A DNA stretch of 47,871 nt from Bacteroidales bacterium UBA1751 (GTDB lineage Bacteria; Bacteroidota; Bacteroidia; Bacteroidales; UBA932), in NCBI GenBank assembly GCA_002315995.1, contig DCHN01000072.1:1-47871 (forward strand), in the 5' to 3' direction. Both the position numbers and the translations under genes were made by a program. This document shows positions 1 to 10,152 of this stretch, piece by piece. Under the pieces are notes generated by a model. The model did no database searches. It was not told the origin of the DNA and saw only the letters and a list, made by a program, of their open reading frames with translations. Position 1 is the first letter of the stretch. Every line of letters starts with the position of its first letter.

Positions 1-726
1 TTCCTTGAGAGTGCTAACCGCTCGCTTGCTCAGGCGGCGGAGTTTTTCAAGAAAGCCGACACAATTGTTATAACGCTTGGAACATCATACGTTTTCCGCC
101 ATATTGAAAGAGATATGATTGTTGCAAACTGCCACAAGATAAATCCAAAGGAGTTCAGCCGCGAATTGCTCTCAATAGATGAAGCCACAGAGTCTCTGCG
201 CAGAATATGCTCTACAATAAACAACCCAACAGCAATTTCAGTTTCCAAGGCACCACTTGCTGACACATGCAATTTAAATCTCCAAAAAGGAGCCGCAAAC
301 AAAACCACCACTTGCAACAGCCGAAACATTATCTTTACAGTAAGCCCCATACGCCACATGGCAGACGGAGCGCACGGCAACCTTATAAGCAAAAGCACAC
401 TCCTGCACGCCATAAATAGAGTCACTTTTCACTCAAACGTATGTAGCAAAACTGACACTACAAGTGGTGCCACGCACAAAACAACAAGCATCTTACCAGC
501 TCAAAAAACTAATAACGTTTCATACTTTCCATCATACGAAATAATGATGGACGAACTTCGCGACTACCGCTTCTACGCCGAAGATATGGTTCACCCATCG
601 GAAACCGCCGTGAAGTACATCTTCGAGCGATTCAAGGAATCCGCTATCGCAGTGGAAGATTACCAATGGATGCAGCAGGAGCACAAAAAATGGCTCCAAA
701 CCCAACACCGCTCCCTCTCCAAATAA
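1..726 (+). CDS. GSCFA-family protein, 5'-truncated by the window edge
   Basis: Frame 1 is open from nt 1 (FLESANRSLAQAAEFFKKADTIVITLGTSYVF...), so the listed ORF start at 115 is internal. Motifs IIFTVSPIRH...DG...N..SK and DYRFYAEDMVHPSETAVKYIFERF are typical of the GSCFA domain. Confidence 0.75.
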   Translation, partial: FLESANRSLAQAAEFFKKADTIVITLGTSYVFRHIERDMIVANCHKINPKEFSRELLSIDEATESLRRICSTINNPTAISVSKAPLADTCNLNLQKGAANKTTTCNSRNIIFTVSPIRHMADGAHGNLISKSTLLHAINRVTFHSNVCSKTDTTSGATHKTTSILPAQKTNNVSYFPSYEIMMDELRDYRFYAEDMVHPSETAVKYIFERFKESAIAVEDYQWMQQEHKKWLQTQHRSLSK

Positions 727-730
727 AAAC

Positions 731-868
731 AGGATAGAATTCACCATTGTCTATCCCAAATCCTCACTGCACATACAATTTGGGATAGAAAAACCTCATT
801 TCAATCCAAAATACCTTAATACACTACGAAACGGGATAGAATTTTGGATTTTTCATCCCAAACTCAGA
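731..868. repeat. Block of REP-like palindromes and direct repeats built on the core (T)TTGGGATAGAA
   Basis: GGATAGAA occurs at 732-739, 783-790 and 834-841. A perfect 12-bp inverted repeat, TCTATCCCAAAT (750-761) / ATTTGGGATAGA (778-789), has a 16-nt loop. A second imperfect hairpin is GGGATAGAATTTTGGATTTTTCATCCC (833-859). ATCCAAAAT (~804-812) is the reverse complement of ATTTTGGAT (~841-849). Confidence 0.55.
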
Positions 869-907
869 AAAAAAGGCCATTTGCTTGAAGTTTATATTTA
901 TTGCTGA

Positions 908-915
908 TATTTTTG
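908..915 (+). promoter_or_regulatory. Bacteroidota -7 promoter box TATTTTTG (TAnnTTTG) upstream of the HUH transposase-like gene
   Basis: Exact match to the Bacteroides sigma-A -7 consensus TAnnTTTG. It lies ~130 nt upstream of the ATG at 1046. Confidence 0.4.
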
Positions 916-1045
916 TTGGTGCATTATACTACACTCCTCTCCCGTACATTCAGAGACGATGAAAGTATCGGTCCAATTGAATAATTTCACTGAATGACTT
1001 TTGGATGCATCAGAATAAAGTTAATTTCACTTTTAACCTTTATTT

Positions 1046-1981
1046 ATGTGGGAGGGAATTTCAAGTTTTCAATTTTCATCAGCAAGAGAAGAGACATTTT
1101 TCCAGGCAAAAGCACCGTTTTATCATATATGTTCATCTGAGAATTTCCCTATGTTCCTTGCTGATGAATCATATTTCAAAGACGGAATCTCTATTCTGGC
1201 CCTTTGTGCTAAGTCCTTCAAGAAACTGGTAATCTATGCATGTCAACTGATGAACAATCATTTCCATTTTGTTGTCTCATGCCCCGAAGATGAAGCACAT
1301 GCTTTTACTGAAACACTTATTAAGACATTGGGGAAATACCTGTCAAACAGGAAAGATGGCCTATCAATCAAAGGCCTGAAATTCAAATTTATTCCAATAA
1401 GTACTCCTGACCAATTACGTAACACTATAGCATACGTGAACAGAAATGGTTTTGTTGCTCACTCCTCTTATACTCCATTCAACTATCCGTGGGGCACATC
1501 AGCATACTATTTCTCTTTTGATTCACACAAAAGATATAAAGAGCAGAAAACCCTTATGGGACAAATTGCAAAAAGACGACTGACCTGCTCCCATAAATTT
1601 GACAAGATTTCAGAATTGTACCTCGTTGACGGTTATGTATCCCCTCTCTGTTTTTGCAATATCCAAGGTGGAGAAGAGATATTCATCAACGCAAAACAAT
1701 ATTTTTATTCAATGGTTAAAAACCAAGAGACCAATGCCGACATTGCCAGAGCTATAGGAGAAAGCCTTTTCTATACCGATGAAGACCTCTTCAGCATTGC
1801 CAGAAAAATTGCCACCGAAAAGTTCCGTGAATCAAAAATATCACAACTGGTACCTGAAGCCAGAATTGATTTGGCAAAGGAACTTCATTTCAAATATAAT
1901 GCTGGCGTCAAGCAGTTACAACGGATTCTGAAACTGGATCGCACCACCCTAAAATCACTGTTCCCTCAATCTTCTATATGA
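1046..1981 (+). CDS. IS200/IS605-type HUH-Y1 transposase homolog (RAYT-like), possibly with a C-terminal helix-turn-helix extension
   Basis: N-terminal beta-strand motif FYHICSS. HUH motif in LMNNHFHFVVS. Catalytic Tyr motif in TIAYVNRNGFVAH, comparable to Y-x-x-N-P/G of Y1 transposases and RAYTs. At 311 aa it is about twice the size of a minimal TnpA. The C-terminal ~90 aa (ARIDLAKELHFKYNAGVKQLQRILKLDRTTLKSL) looks HTH-like. Confidence 0.75.
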   Translation: MWEGISSFQFSSAREETFFQAKAPFYHICSSENFPMFLADESYFKDGISILALCAKSFKKLVIYACQLMNNHFHFVVSCPEDEAHAFTETLIKTLGKYLSNRKDGLSIKGLKFKFIPISTPDQLRNTIAYVNRNGFVAHSSYTPFNYPWGTSAYYFSFDSHKRYKEQKTLMGQIAKRRLTCSHKFDKISELYLVDGYVSPLCFCNIQGGEEIFINAKQYFYSMVKNQETNADIARAIGESLFYTDEDLFSIARKIATEKFRESKISQLVPEARIDLAKELHFKYNAGVKQLQRILKLDRTTLKSLFPQSSI

Positions 1982-2073
1982 CAATATGTGGTTACCTGCT
2001 ATTCAAGTATGTCATTTGGAGCTAAGCACAATCCACTATATTTACACCACATCCATCAGAGGGGAGGAAAAGC

Positions 2074-2116
2074 AAAAAAAGAGACCGACCAAAAAGTTTT
2101 TAGTCGGCCTCTTTTC
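2074..2116. terminator. Bidirectional rho-independent terminator between the HUH gene (+) and rplQ (-)
   Basis: Hairpin GAGACCGACCAAAAA-G-TTTTTAGTCGGCCTC (2081-2111, 2 mismatches), flanked by an A7 run on the 5' side and TTTT on the 3' side. It gives a U-tract in either orientation. Confidence 0.7.
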
Positions 2117-2134
2117 CTATTGAGTTTTATTACC

Positions 2135-2614
2135 TTACTCAGCCTTTGGAGCCTCTGGCTCTGCAGCAGGTGCAGCCTCAGCAGCTGGAGCTGCTTTCTT
2201 ACGGCTTCTTCTTGTTGCAGGTTTCTTGGTCTCCTCTTTCTTTACAAGAGCTGCCTCGTTGAAGTCTACAAACTCTATAATTGCCATATCAGCAGCATCG
2301 CCTGCGCGGAAACCGGTCTTGAGAATTCTCAAGTATCCGCCTGGACGCTCAGCAACCTTAGGAGCAATGGTTCTGAAGAGCTCAGAAACTGCCTCTTTCT
2401 GCTTGAGATAGCTGAAAACAACACGCCTTGAAGCTGTGGTGTCCTCTTTAGACTTTGTAATAAGCGGCTCAGCATATATGCGCAAAGCTTTTGCTTTGGC
2501 AAGAGTGGTCTCGATACGTTTGTGAAGTACCAATGAGCAAGCCATGTTTGCCAACATTGCCTTGCGGTGACCGCTCTTTCTTCCCAAATGGTTAAATCCC
2601 TTATTATGTCTCAT
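2135..2614 (-). CDS. rplQ: 50S ribosomal protein L17, with an Ala/Pro/Glu/Lys-rich C-terminal tail
   Basis: [21 protein letters not shown]...RPGGYLRI is canonical L17. It is the last gene of the alpha-operon block. Confidence 0.97.
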   Translation of the reverse strand: MRHNKGFNHLGRKSGHRKAMLANMACSLVLHKRIETTLAKAKALRIYAEPLITKSKEDTTASRRVVFSYLKQKEAVSELFRTIAPKVAERPGGYLRILKTGFRAGDAADMAIIEFVDFNEAALVKKEETKKPATRRSRKKAAPAAEAAPAAEPEAPKAE

Positions 2615-2620
2615 TGTTGA

Positions 2621-3613
2621 TTATTTTTTTTCAATATTATACTTGGTGACATCCATGCCGAATTGCAGTTTGAGTCTGTCAATAAGCATGTCTATTTCTG
2701 TTAATGACTTCTTGCCGAAGTTTCTGAACTTCATGAGCTCTGAACGCTGATGTGAAACCAAGTCAGCAAAAGTCTCAATATCAGCTGCCTTGAGGCAATT
2801 GAGAGCTCTTACTGAAAGCTCCATGTCAGAGAGTTTGGTCAACAGAAGGTGACGCATTCTCAATGACTCCTCATCAAGATCGTTACCTACAACCTCATGT
2901 GTCTCCTCAAGTGAAATCTTGTCATCTGAGAAGAGCATGAAGTGGTGAATCAATATCTTGGCAGCCTCTTTAAGAGCCTCCTTTGGTTGAATTGATCCAT
3001 CTGTCTTAATCTCCAGATTCAGTTTCTCATAGTCAGTCTTCTGCTCAACTCTATAGTTCTCAACAGAGAAGTTCACGTTCACCATTGGTGAGAAGATGGA
3101 ATCAATTGCAATTGTTCCAACTGGAGCACCCTCCACTTTGTTCTCATCTGCAGGAACATAACCTCTGCCCTTACCTATTTTCATATCAATTACCAATGAA
3201 ACTGAAGGCTCCAAGGTGCAGATATGAAGATCAGGGTTAAGAACTTTGAATGATGAAAGACTCTTTGAAATATCCTCAGCTTTGAATTCTTGCTTTCCAC
3301 TAACAGTTACGGTTATCACCTCGCTGTCCTCAGCCTCTATCATTCTCTTGAACCTTACCTGTTTGAGGTTAAGAATAATATCTACAACGCCTTCAATGAC
3401 GCCGGGGATAGTGGCAAACTCATGGTCTACGCCATGAATTTTTATGGAGGTGATAGCAAAACCCTCCAAAGAAGACAACAATATTCTCCTCAACGCGTTT
3501 CCAATGGTAGTACCATAGCCAGGCTCCAATGGTCTGAACTCAAACTTTCCATAGGTGTCGGTAGATTCGAGCATTATCACCTTATCGGGTTTCTGAAATG
3601 CCAAAATTGCCAT
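2621..3613 (-). CDS. rpoA: DNA-directed RNA polymerase subunit alpha
   Basis: 330 aa. N-terminal domain [11 protein letters not shown] and C-terminal-domain motif [11 protein letters not shown]. Synteny rpsD-rpoA-rplQ. Confidence 0.97.
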   Translation of the reverse strand: MAILAFQKPDKVIMLESTDTYGKFEFRPLEPGYGTTIGNALRRILLSSLEGFAITSIKIHGVDHEFATIPGVIEGVVDIILNLKQVRFKRMIEAEDSEVITVTVSGKQEFKAEDISKSLSSFKVLNPDLHICTLEPSVSLVIDMKIGKGRGYVPADENKVEGAPVGTIAIDSIFSPMVNVNFSVENYRVEQKTDYEKLNLEIKTDGSIQPKEALKEAAKILIHHFMLFSDDKISLEETHEVVGNDLDEESLRMRHLLLTKLSDMELSVRALNCLKAADIETFADLVSHQRSELMKFRNFGKKSLTEIDMLIDRLKLQFGMDVTKYNIEKK

Positions 3614-3658
3614 ATTATTAAAATTTTATTAGTGTTGCGCTTAAAATCAAGCTAATTA

Positions 3659-4264
3659 TTATTTAGAGTACAACTCAACGATAAGCTGCTCATTAACGTT
3701 TTCAGGGATCTCCTCTCTTACTGGAAGATTGAGGAACTTGCCGCTCTTTGCATCTGCGTTCCACTCAAACCATGAGTATTTGTTTGCATGTGCTGAAAGC
3801 GAATCCTGAACAACCTCAAGACTCTTTGATCTCTCTCTTACACCAACAATCTGACCAGGCTTTACAATAATTGATGGAATGCTTGTTACCTCGCCGTCAA
3901 GTGTGATGTGGCAGTGTGAAACCAACTGTCTTGCAGCTGCTCTTGTAGGAGCAATACCCAATCTGTAAACGATGTTGTCCAAACGTGACTCAAGGAGGAG
4001 GAGGAGGTTAACACCAGTCTTTCCCTTCATCTTTGAAGCTTTCTCGTACAGACCGCGGAACTGTCTCTCAAGAACACCATAAGTGTATTTTACTTTCTGT
4101 TTCTCTCTAAGCTGAGTACCATACTCAGAGAGTTTCTTTCTCTTTCTAGATGCGCCGTGCTGACCTGGAGGGCAATTTCTGCGCTCAAAATTTTTGTCAG
4201 GTCCAAATATAGGCTCTCCGAATTTGCGGGCAATTTTTGTTGAAGGCCCTGTATATCTTGCCAT
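3659..4264 (-). CDS. rpsD: 30S ribosomal protein S4
   Basis: [20 protein letters not shown]..., 201 aa, with matching synteny. Confidence 0.97.
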   Translation of the reverse strand: MARYTGPSTKIARKFGEPIFGPDKNFERRNCPPGQHGASRKRKKLSEYGTQLREKQKVKYTYGVLERQFRGLYEKASKMKGKTGVNLLLLLESRLDNIVYRLGIAPTRAAARQLVSHCHITLDGEVTSIPSIIVKPGQIVGVRERSKSLEVVQDSLSAHANKYSWFEWNADAKSGKFLNLPVREEIPENVNEQLIVELYSK

Positions 4265-4313
4265 GTTAAATTACAATTTTAAATTTTTAAACAATTGAAA
4301 TTAAAAAGACCAA

Positions 4314-4703
4314 TTATACTTTACGTCTGCCTTTTGGTCTGCAACCGTTGTGTGGAAGTGGTGTTACGTCAACAATCTCGGTAACCTCAATACCAGCACC
4401 ATGAATTGTACGGATAGCTGACTCACGGCCTGCGCCCGGACCCTTTACATATGCCTTAACTTTTCTCAAACCAAGATCATAAGCAACCTTGGCACAATCT
4501 CCAGCTGCAACCTGAGCAGCGTAAGGAGTGTTCTTCTTTGATCCTCTGAAGCCCATCTTTCCTGCAGAAGACCAACTGATTACCTGACCCTGAGAATTGG
4601 TCAAAGTAACAATGACATTATTGAATGTTGAAGCAATATGAGCCTGGCCATACGCGTCAACCTTAACAAGTCTTTTCTTATTGGATGATACTTTCTTTGC
4701 CAT
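4314..4703 (-). CDS. rpsK: 30S ribosomal protein S11
   Basis: [17 protein letters not shown]...[14 protein letters not shown] is canonical S11. Confidence 0.97.
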   Translation of the reverse strand: MAKKVSSNKKRLVKVDAYGQAHIASTFNNVIVTLTNSQGQVISWSSAGKMGFRGSKKNTPYAAQVAAGDCAKVAYDLGLRKVKAYVKGPGAGRESAIRTIHGAGIEVTEIVDVTPLPHNGCRPKGRRKV

Positions 4704-4718
4704 AATCTATAGGATCAA

Positions 4719-5096
4719 TTATTTAGTTGCTTTTTTCTTGTTTGCTACAGTCTTCTTCTTACCCTTTCTGGTACGAGCATTATTCTTTGTGCTCTGACCT
4801 CTTACAGGCAATCCAATTCTGTGGCGGATGCCCCTGTAGCATCCTATATCCATCAATCTCTTGATGTTCAACTGGATAGTAGAACGGAGCTCACCTTCAA
4901 TTTTATACTCTTCTGCAATGGTTGCCCTTATTGCAGCGATTTGGTCATCTGTCCAATCCTGAACCTTAATGTTAACATCTATTCCGTTCTTATTAAGGAT
5001 TCGTTTGGCAGAGCTGCGACCAATTCCAAAGATATAGGTCAAACCTATTTCTCCACGTTTGTTTTTTGGTAAATCTACACCGGCTATACGTGCCAT
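4719..5096 (-). CDS. rpsM: 30S ribosomal protein S13
   Basis: [14 protein letters not shown]...[15 protein letters not shown] is canonical S13. Confidence 0.97.
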   Translation of the reverse strand: MARIAGVDLPKNKRGEIGLTYIFGIGRSSAKRILNKNGIDVNIKVQDWTDDQIAAIRATIAEEYKIEGELRSTIQLNIKRLMDIGCYRGIRHRIGLPVRGQSTKNNARTRKGKKKTVANKKKATK

Positions 5097-5132
5097 AATT
5101 ACTATTTTGTGTTTTTAATTGTTTACAATCAA

Positions 5133-5249
5133 TTATCCCTGACGCATTTTGAATTTAGGATTCTTCTTGCAGATGATATATACGCGACCTTTGCGTTTTA
5201 CAACCTTGCAATCTTCACTGCGCTTTTTGATGGATGCTTTAACTTTCAT
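5133..5249 (-). CDS. rpmJ: 50S ribosomal protein L36 (38 aa, zinc-free C-minus form)
   Basis: Not in the supplied ORF track because it is under 60 aa. My hand translation of the minus strand gives [38 protein letters not shown]. It sits between infA and rpsM as expected. Only 2 of the 4 Zn ligands of the E. coli-type protein are retained (Ser at position 11, Phe at 33). Confidence 0.93.
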   Translation of the reverse strand: MKVKASIKKRSEDCKVVKRKGRVYIICKKNPKFKMRQG

Positions 5250-5261
5250 TGTATTGAGTTT

Positions 5262-5480
5262 TTATTTGTATCTGAAAGATATTCTGCCTTTGGTCAAGTC
5301 ATAAGGGGACATCTCAACCCTTACTTTGTCACCTGGAAGGATTCTGATGTAGTGCATCCTCATCTTTCCTGATATGTGAGCCGTAAGAACGTGACCATTG
5401 TCCAACTCAACTCTGAACATTGCGTTTGACAAAGCCTCGACAATTGTTCCGTCTCTTTCTATAGCAGCTTGTTTTGACAT
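5262..5480 (-). CDS. infA: Translation initiation factor IF-1
   Basis: 72 aa. [43 protein letters not shown] is canonical IF-1. Confidence 0.97.
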   Translation of the reverse strand: MSKQAAIERDGTIVEALSNAMFRVELDNGHVLTAHISGKMRMHYIRILPGDKVRVEMSPYDLTKGRISFRYK

Positions 5481-5504
5481 ACTCTAAACTCTCTCTTCTA
5501 CAAT

Positions 5505-6278
5505 TTATAAATTCTTTTTGTTTTGAATGTAATCATACGTTGTCAATATCTGAGGACCTTGATCGAGAATGGCAACCATGTACTCAAAATGAGCTGAACA
5601 CTTTCCATCACGGGTTCTTATTCCCCAGCCGTTTCTCTCAACATAGACATCTTTCTTGCCCATGTTTATCATTGGCTCAATGCATATGACCATACCGCTT
5701 ACAAGCTTTTTGCCGCGACCCGCATGCCCATAATTGGGAACCATAGGGTCTTCGTGCATCCTTTTCCCAATACCATGCCCTACAAGGTCACGTACTACGG
5801 AATAGCCTGCCTGTTCGCAATATGACTGCACCGCATAGCCAATATCACCGATACGGTTGCCTACTCTTGCAGCAGCGGCTCCCCTGTTGAGGGACTCCTC
5901 TGTTGTTCTGAGCAGACCAGCCACTTCTGGAGATACCTCACCAACCGGGAAGGTATATGCGGAATCACCTGTAAACCCTTTGTAAATTGTGCCACAGTCA
6001 ACAGATACAATGTCACCCTCCTTCAATTCATATTTTGAAGGGAAACCGTGAACCACCACATCATTCACTGAAACACAAAGGGTGTAGGGGTATCCCTCAT
6101 AATTGAGAAACCCTGGAACAGCTCCATTGTCTCTTATGTACTCCTCCGCAACCTTGTTCAGGTGCGCTGTTGTAACTCCGGGAGCAACCTCCTTTCCTAC
6201 AACGGCAAGAGTCTTCGAGACAAGTATTGCATTCTCCCTGAGAATCTCAATCTCCTCTGCGCTCTTAATTGTCAACAT
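5505..6278 (-). CDS. map: Type I methionine aminopeptidase
   Basis: 257 aa. VCHGIP-like motif VVHGFP, then DIVSVDCG and HGIGKRMHEDP. Synteny secY-map-infA. Confidence 0.95.
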   Translation of the reverse strand: MLTIKSAEEIEILRENAILVSKTLAVVGKEVAPGVTTAHLNKVAEEYIRDNGAVPGFLNYEGYPYTLCVSVNDVVVHGFPSKYELKEGDIVSVDCGTIYKGFTGDSAYTFPVGEVSPEVAGLLRTTEESLNRGAAAARVGNRIGDIGYAVQSYCEQAGYSVVRDLVGHGIGKRMHEDPMVPNYGHAGRGKKLVSGMVICIEPMINMGKKDVYVERNGWGIRTRDGKCSAHFEYMVAILDQGPQILTTYDYIQNKKNL

Positions 6279-6296
6279 TTGAATGAACTATCAAAA

Positions 6297-7616
6297 TTAC
6301 ATACCTGAACGGCTCTTGAGACGTCCGGTCTTCATCAAGCCGTCATAGTGGCGCATAAGCAAATAACTCTCAATTTGCTGGAGTGTGTCAAGCACAACAC
6401 CAACGAGAATCAGCAATGAAGTTCCACCATAGAAGTGAGCGAACTGGTTGTTGATTCCAAAAATCATTGCAAACGCAGGAAGAATGGCAACAAGTGCCAG
6501 GAAAACTGATCCTGGGAATGTAATGCGAGACATTATTGCGTCCAGATACTCGGCTGTTTTCTTTCCAGGTTTTACACCAGGAATGAAACCGCCGTTCTTC
6601 TTCATATCCTCTGCCATCATGGTAGGGTTCACTGTTACTGCTGTATAGAAGTAAGTGAAGAGAATTACCATAATTGCGAAAATGAAGTTGTACCAGAAGC
6701 CTGTGTAGTTACTTAACGTAGCGGCTAATCCACGTGTAGCGTCAAAGCTTGCGAAAATGAGCGGGAAGAGCATCAGTGCCTGTGCGAAGATAATAGGCAT
6801 CACACCTGCTGCATTTATCTTCAAAGGAATGTACTGACGAACTCCACCATACTGCTTGTTGCCAACGATTCTCTTTGCATACTGTACAGGAATCTTTCTT
6901 ACACCCTGTACCAATGCAACTGTTCCTGCAAAGACAAAGAAGAGAATAAGGAGCTCAATTATGAGCATGATATATCCACCTGTTGTCTGTGCGGTTCTGG
7001 TAGCAACCTCAGCCCAGAAAGCAAACGGAAGTCTTGCAATGATACCAATCATGATTATGATTGAGATACCGTTGCCAATGCCGCGGTCCGTAATACGCTC
7101 GCCGAGCCACATGATGAACATTGTGCCACCAATGAGAACTACTGTAGCAAAAAGATTGAATGAGAATCCGTTCATCAGGAAGGCTGACTCTGGCAACTGT
7201 GAATGCAGGTTGGTCAAGTAAGCCGGACCCTGAAGTGCAAGAATCACAATTGTGAGATACCTTGTAAGCTGATTGAGTTTCCTTCTGCCGCTCTCGCCTT
7301 CGCGCTGCAGCTTCTGGAAATACGGAATCATCATTCCCAAGAGTTGAATTACAATTGATGCAGAGATGTAAGGCATTACACCCAGTGCAAAAATTGAAGC
7401 ATTTCCAAAGGCACCGCCTGAGAACATGTTGAGAAGTCCCAACAAGCCGTCAGAAGCCTGCGCCTCAAGATTTGCCAGCTGCGTAGGGTCAATACCCGGT
7501 AGAACTACAAAACAACCAAGCCTGTAAACTACAAGCAAGAGCATTGTGTAGACTATTCTGTTACGCAACTCCTCAATCTTGAAAATATTTGAAATTGTTT
7601 CAAAAAAACGTTTCAT
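6297..7616 (-). CDS. secY: Preprotein translocase subunit SecY
   Basis: 439 aa, multi-TM. N-terminus ELRNRIVYTMLLLVVYRLG and motif GVMPYISASI. Correct position after rplO. Confidence 0.97.
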   Translation of the reverse strand: MKRFFETISNIFKIEELRNRIVYTMLLLVVYRLGCFVVLPGIDPTQLANLEAQASDGLLGLLNMFSGGAFGNASIFALGVMPYISASIVIQLLGMMIPYFQKLQREGESGRRKLNQLTRYLTIVILALQGPAYLTNLHSQLPESAFLMNGFSFNLFATVVLIGGTMFIMWLGERITDRGIGNGISIIIMIGIIARLPFAFWAEVATRTAQTTGGYIMLIIELLILFFVFAGTVALVQGVRKIPVQYAKRIVGNKQYGGVRQYIPLKINAAGVMPIIFAQALMLFPLIFASFDATRGLAATLSNYTGFWYNFIFAIMVILFTYFYTAVTVNPTMMAEDMKKNGGFIPGVKPGKKTAEYLDAIMSRITFPGSVFLALVAILPAFAMIFGINNQFAHFYGGTSLLILVGVVLDTLQQIESYLLMRHYDGLMKTGRLKSRSGM

Positions 7617-7622
7617 AGGGGG

Positions 7623-8069
7623 TTAGATTAAAGTTATGGTACCCTTTGCCGCCTCTATCTTTGCAATAGCTGATTTTGAGAATGCATTGGCTGTAACATC
7701 AAGCTTTACTGTAAGCTCACCGTTACCAAGAATCTTTACAAGGTCCTTGCTTGAAATAAGGCCGTTCTCAATAAGAACTTCTACTGTAATTACCTCAAGG
7801 TTCTTCTTCTGTGCAAGCTCCTGAAGTGTTGAAACATTTATAGGTTTATACTCCACTCTGTTAGGATTGTTGAATCCAAACTTAGGGAGACGTCTCTGTA
7901 TAGGCATCTGACCACCCTCAAATCCAAGTTTCTTTGAGTAACCTGAACGTGATTTGGCACCGTTCATACCACGTGTAGCTGTACCACCGTGTCCTGAACC
8001 CTCACCTCTACCAATTCTTTTCTCCTTCTTGGTAGAACCCTCTGCAGGTTTTAATGTATTTAATTTCAT
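7623..8069 (-). CDS. rplO: 50S ribosomal protein L15
   Basis: MKLNTLKPAEGS...RIGRGEGSGHGGTATRG is canonical L15. Confidence 0.97.
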   Translation of the reverse strand: MKLNTLKPAEGSTKKEKRIGRGEGSGHGGTATRGMNGAKSRSGYSKKLGFEGGQMPIQRRLPKFGFNNPNRVEYKPINVSTLQELAQKKNLEVITVEVLIENGLISSKDLVKILGNGELTVKLDVTANAFSKSAIAKIEAAKGTITLI

Positions 8070-8088
8070 ACTCTAAATCTCCTCTTTG

Positions 8089-8271
8089 TTAGGCAATTTC
8101 TTCTACTTTAACTAAATGGGCAACCTTGCTGATCATTCCGTTTGAAACAGAGTTAAGCTCAACCTCCACGCAATGATTAAGGTGATGTATACCCAAAGCC
8201 TTAAGTGTTGCAATCTGCCTTTTGTTGGCGCTGCAGCAACTCTTTATCTGTGTAACTTTTACTTTAGCCAT
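8089..8271 (-). CDS. rpmD: 50S ribosomal protein L30
   Basis: 60 aa. MAKVKVTQIKS...TLKALGI. Synteny rpsE-rpmD-rplO. Confidence 0.95.
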   Translation of the reverse strand: MAKVKVTQIKSCCSANKRQIATLKALGIHHLNHCVEVELNSVSNGMISKVAHLVKVEEIA

Positions 8272-8285
8272 AGTGATTTCCTCAA

Positions 8286-8804
8286 TTAACCGTTAAATAC
8301 TCTGTTCATCTGGATACCTCTCAAACCAGCAATAGTGTAGGCGTCACGTACCTGAGCCAAAGCTGCAATAGTTGCCTTTACAAGGTTGTGAGGGTTTGAA
8401 GAGCCCTTTGATTTAGCCAATACGTCATGAATACCTACTGACTCGAATACGGCACGCATAGCACCACCGGCCTTTACTCCAGTACCAGGAGCAGCTGGTT
8501 TCATGAATACTCTTGCACCGCCGAATTTAGCTGCCTGCTCGTGTGGAATAGTCTCCTTGCTGAGTGGAACTCTTATAAGGTTCTTCTTAGCATCCTCAAC
8601 TCCCTTGGCAATAGCTGTTGTAACCTCATTGGCCTTTCCAAGACCATAACCTACAACACCTTTCTCATCACCAACCACTACTATGGCAGCAAAGCTGAAA
8701 TGGCGACCTCCTTTGGTAACCTTGGTTACTCTTCTTACAGCTACCAATCTGTCCTTAAGCTCAAGATCAGTAGTCTTTACTTTCTTAACATCCAATTTTG
8801 CCAT
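8286..8804 (-). CDS. rpsE: 30S ribosomal protein S5
   Basis: [26 protein letters not shown]...[13 protein letters not shown] is canonical S5. Confidence 0.97.
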   Translation of the reverse strand: MAKLDVKKVKTTDLELKDRLVAVRRVTKVTKGGRHFSFAAIVVVGDEKGVVGYGLGKANEVTTAIAKGVEDAKKNLIRVPLSKETIPHEQAAKFGGARVFMKPAAPGTGVKAGGAMRAVFESVGIHDVLAKSKGSSNPHNLVKATIAALAQVRDAYTIAGLRGIQMNRVFNG

Positions 8805-8809
8805 AGTAT

Positions 8810-9166
8810 TTAGAATTTAAGACCACCCTCGCGGGCAGCATCTGCCAAACTTTTAACTCTACCATGATAAAGATAACCGCCACGGTCGAAACAAACCTCA
8901 GCTATTCCAAGAGCAACCGCCTTCTGGGCAATTGCCTTTCCTACAACAGCTGCAACCTCAACGTTGGTCTTGCCGGCTACCTGCTCTGCCAATGATTTCT
9001 CAATTGAAGATGCGCTTGCAAGTGTTACACCCTTAACGTCATCTATCAACTGTGCATAAATCTGCTTGTTGCTTCTGAAAACGCTCAATCTTGGTTTCTG
9101 AGCAGTTCCATTGACAACTTTACGAATACGATAGCGTATCCTCTGTCTTCTCTCTATTTTATTCAT
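8810..9166 (-). CDS. rplR: 50S ribosomal protein L18
   Basis: [20 protein letters not shown]...[26 protein letters not shown] is canonical L18. Confidence 0.97.
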   Translation of the reverse strand: MNKIERRQRIRYRIRKVVNGTAQKPRLSVFRSNKQIYAQLIDDVKGVTLASASSIEKSLAEQVAGKTNVEVAAVVGKAIAQKAVALGIAEVCFDRGGYLYHGRVKSLADAAREGGLKF

Positions 9167-9180
9167 AGCCTTATCTCCTG

Positions 9181-9741
9181 TTATTTAGCACTGGCACTCT
9201 TACCAGCTTTTCTTCTAAGTTGTTCACCAACAAACTTGATACCCTTGCCCTTATATGGCTCTGGCTTACGCAATGAGCGGATCTTTGCAGCAACCATTCC
9301 AAGAAGCTGCTTGTCATAGCTCTTCAAAGCCAATACAGGGTTGGCACCCTTCTTAACAGGCTCTGCCTCAGCTTTCACCTCAGCTGGAAGCTGGAAGTGA
9401 ATATCGTGAGAAAAACCAAGGCTCATCTCGAGAATCTGGCCTTTAACTTCTACACGGAAACCGACACCTACAAGCTCCTGCTTAACAGTATATCCTGTAG
9501 AAACTCCAACAACCATGTTGTGGATAAGTGCGCGGTACAAACCATGCATTGAACGATGGCGCGGCTGATCTGTAGGTCTTTCTACATGAACTACGCCCCC
9601 CTCTACGGTTACTTTGATGTCAGCATCAACTTTCTGGCTCATTTCTCCGAGAGGTCCTTTAACCTTAACCACATTTCCGTCCTCAACTTTAACGGTAACA
9701 CCCTGTGGAAGGCTTACAGGTAATTTTCCTATTCTTGACAT
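9181..9741 (-). CDS. rplF: 50S ribosomal protein L6
   Basis: [19 protein letters not shown]...[10 protein letters not shown] is canonical L6. Confidence 0.97.
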   Translation of the reverse strand: MSRIGKLPVSLPQGVTVKVEDGNVVKVKGPLGEMSQKVDADIKVTVEGGVVHVERPTDQPRHRSMHGLYRALIHNMVVGVSTGYTVKQELVGVGFRVEVKGQILEMSLGFSHDIHFQLPAEVKAEAEPVKKGANPVLALKSYDKQLLGMVAAKIRSLRKPEPYKGKGIKFVGEQLRRKAGKSASAK

Positions 9742-9756
9742 AGAATTAAAAATTTA

Positions 9757-10152
9757 TTAATAAACGTAACACAAAACCTCACCACCTACGTTGAGACTCT
9801 TTGCCTCCTTGTCTGTGATGATTCCTTTAGATGTTGAGAGAATAGCTATTCCCAATCCGTTGAGTACTCTTGGCATTGTTGCAACGCCTCTGTACTGTCT
9901 CAAACCAGGTTTGCTCACTCTGATGATTTTTTTGATTGCTGCTTTCTTTGACTCAGGATGATACTTGAGCGCAATCTTGATTGTGTTGTAAGGAGTACCC
10001 TCAACAACCTTGTAGGCGAGGATATAACCCTTCTCGTGAAGAACACGGGCAATCTCCACCTTCATTTTTGACGAAGAAACCTCCAATGTCTTGTGGCCAG
10101 CCATGTAGGCATTACGGATTCTGGTCAGAAAATCTGCAATTGGATCAGTCAT
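9757..10152 (-). CDS. rpsH: 30S ribosomal protein S8
   Basis: MTDPIADFLTRIRNA...GGEVLCYVY is canonical S8. Confidence 0.97.
   Translation of the reverse strand: MTDPIADFLTRIRNAYMAGHKTLEVSSSKMKVEIARVLHEKGYILAYKVVEGTPYNTIKIALKYHPESKKAAIKKIIRVSKPGLRQYRGVATMPRVLNGLGIAILSTSKGIITDKEAKSLNVGGEVLCYVY

Noticed and set aside
2135-2240. Ala/Pro/Glu-rich C-terminal tail of L17 (…[21 protein letters not shown]) as a possible gene fusion or frameshift
   Set aside because: The reading frame is continuous with the L17 core and ends just before the terminator. Low-complexity basic/Ala-rich tails on ribosomal proteins are common in Bacteroidota. There is no evidence of a second domain.
1988-2431. 147-aa plus-strand ORF spanning the terminator and the 3' half of rplQ
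   Set aside because: It is antisense to a canonical L17 gene, crosses a rho-independent terminator, and has a low-complexity Leu/Ser/Cys-rich translation. It is a shadow ORF.
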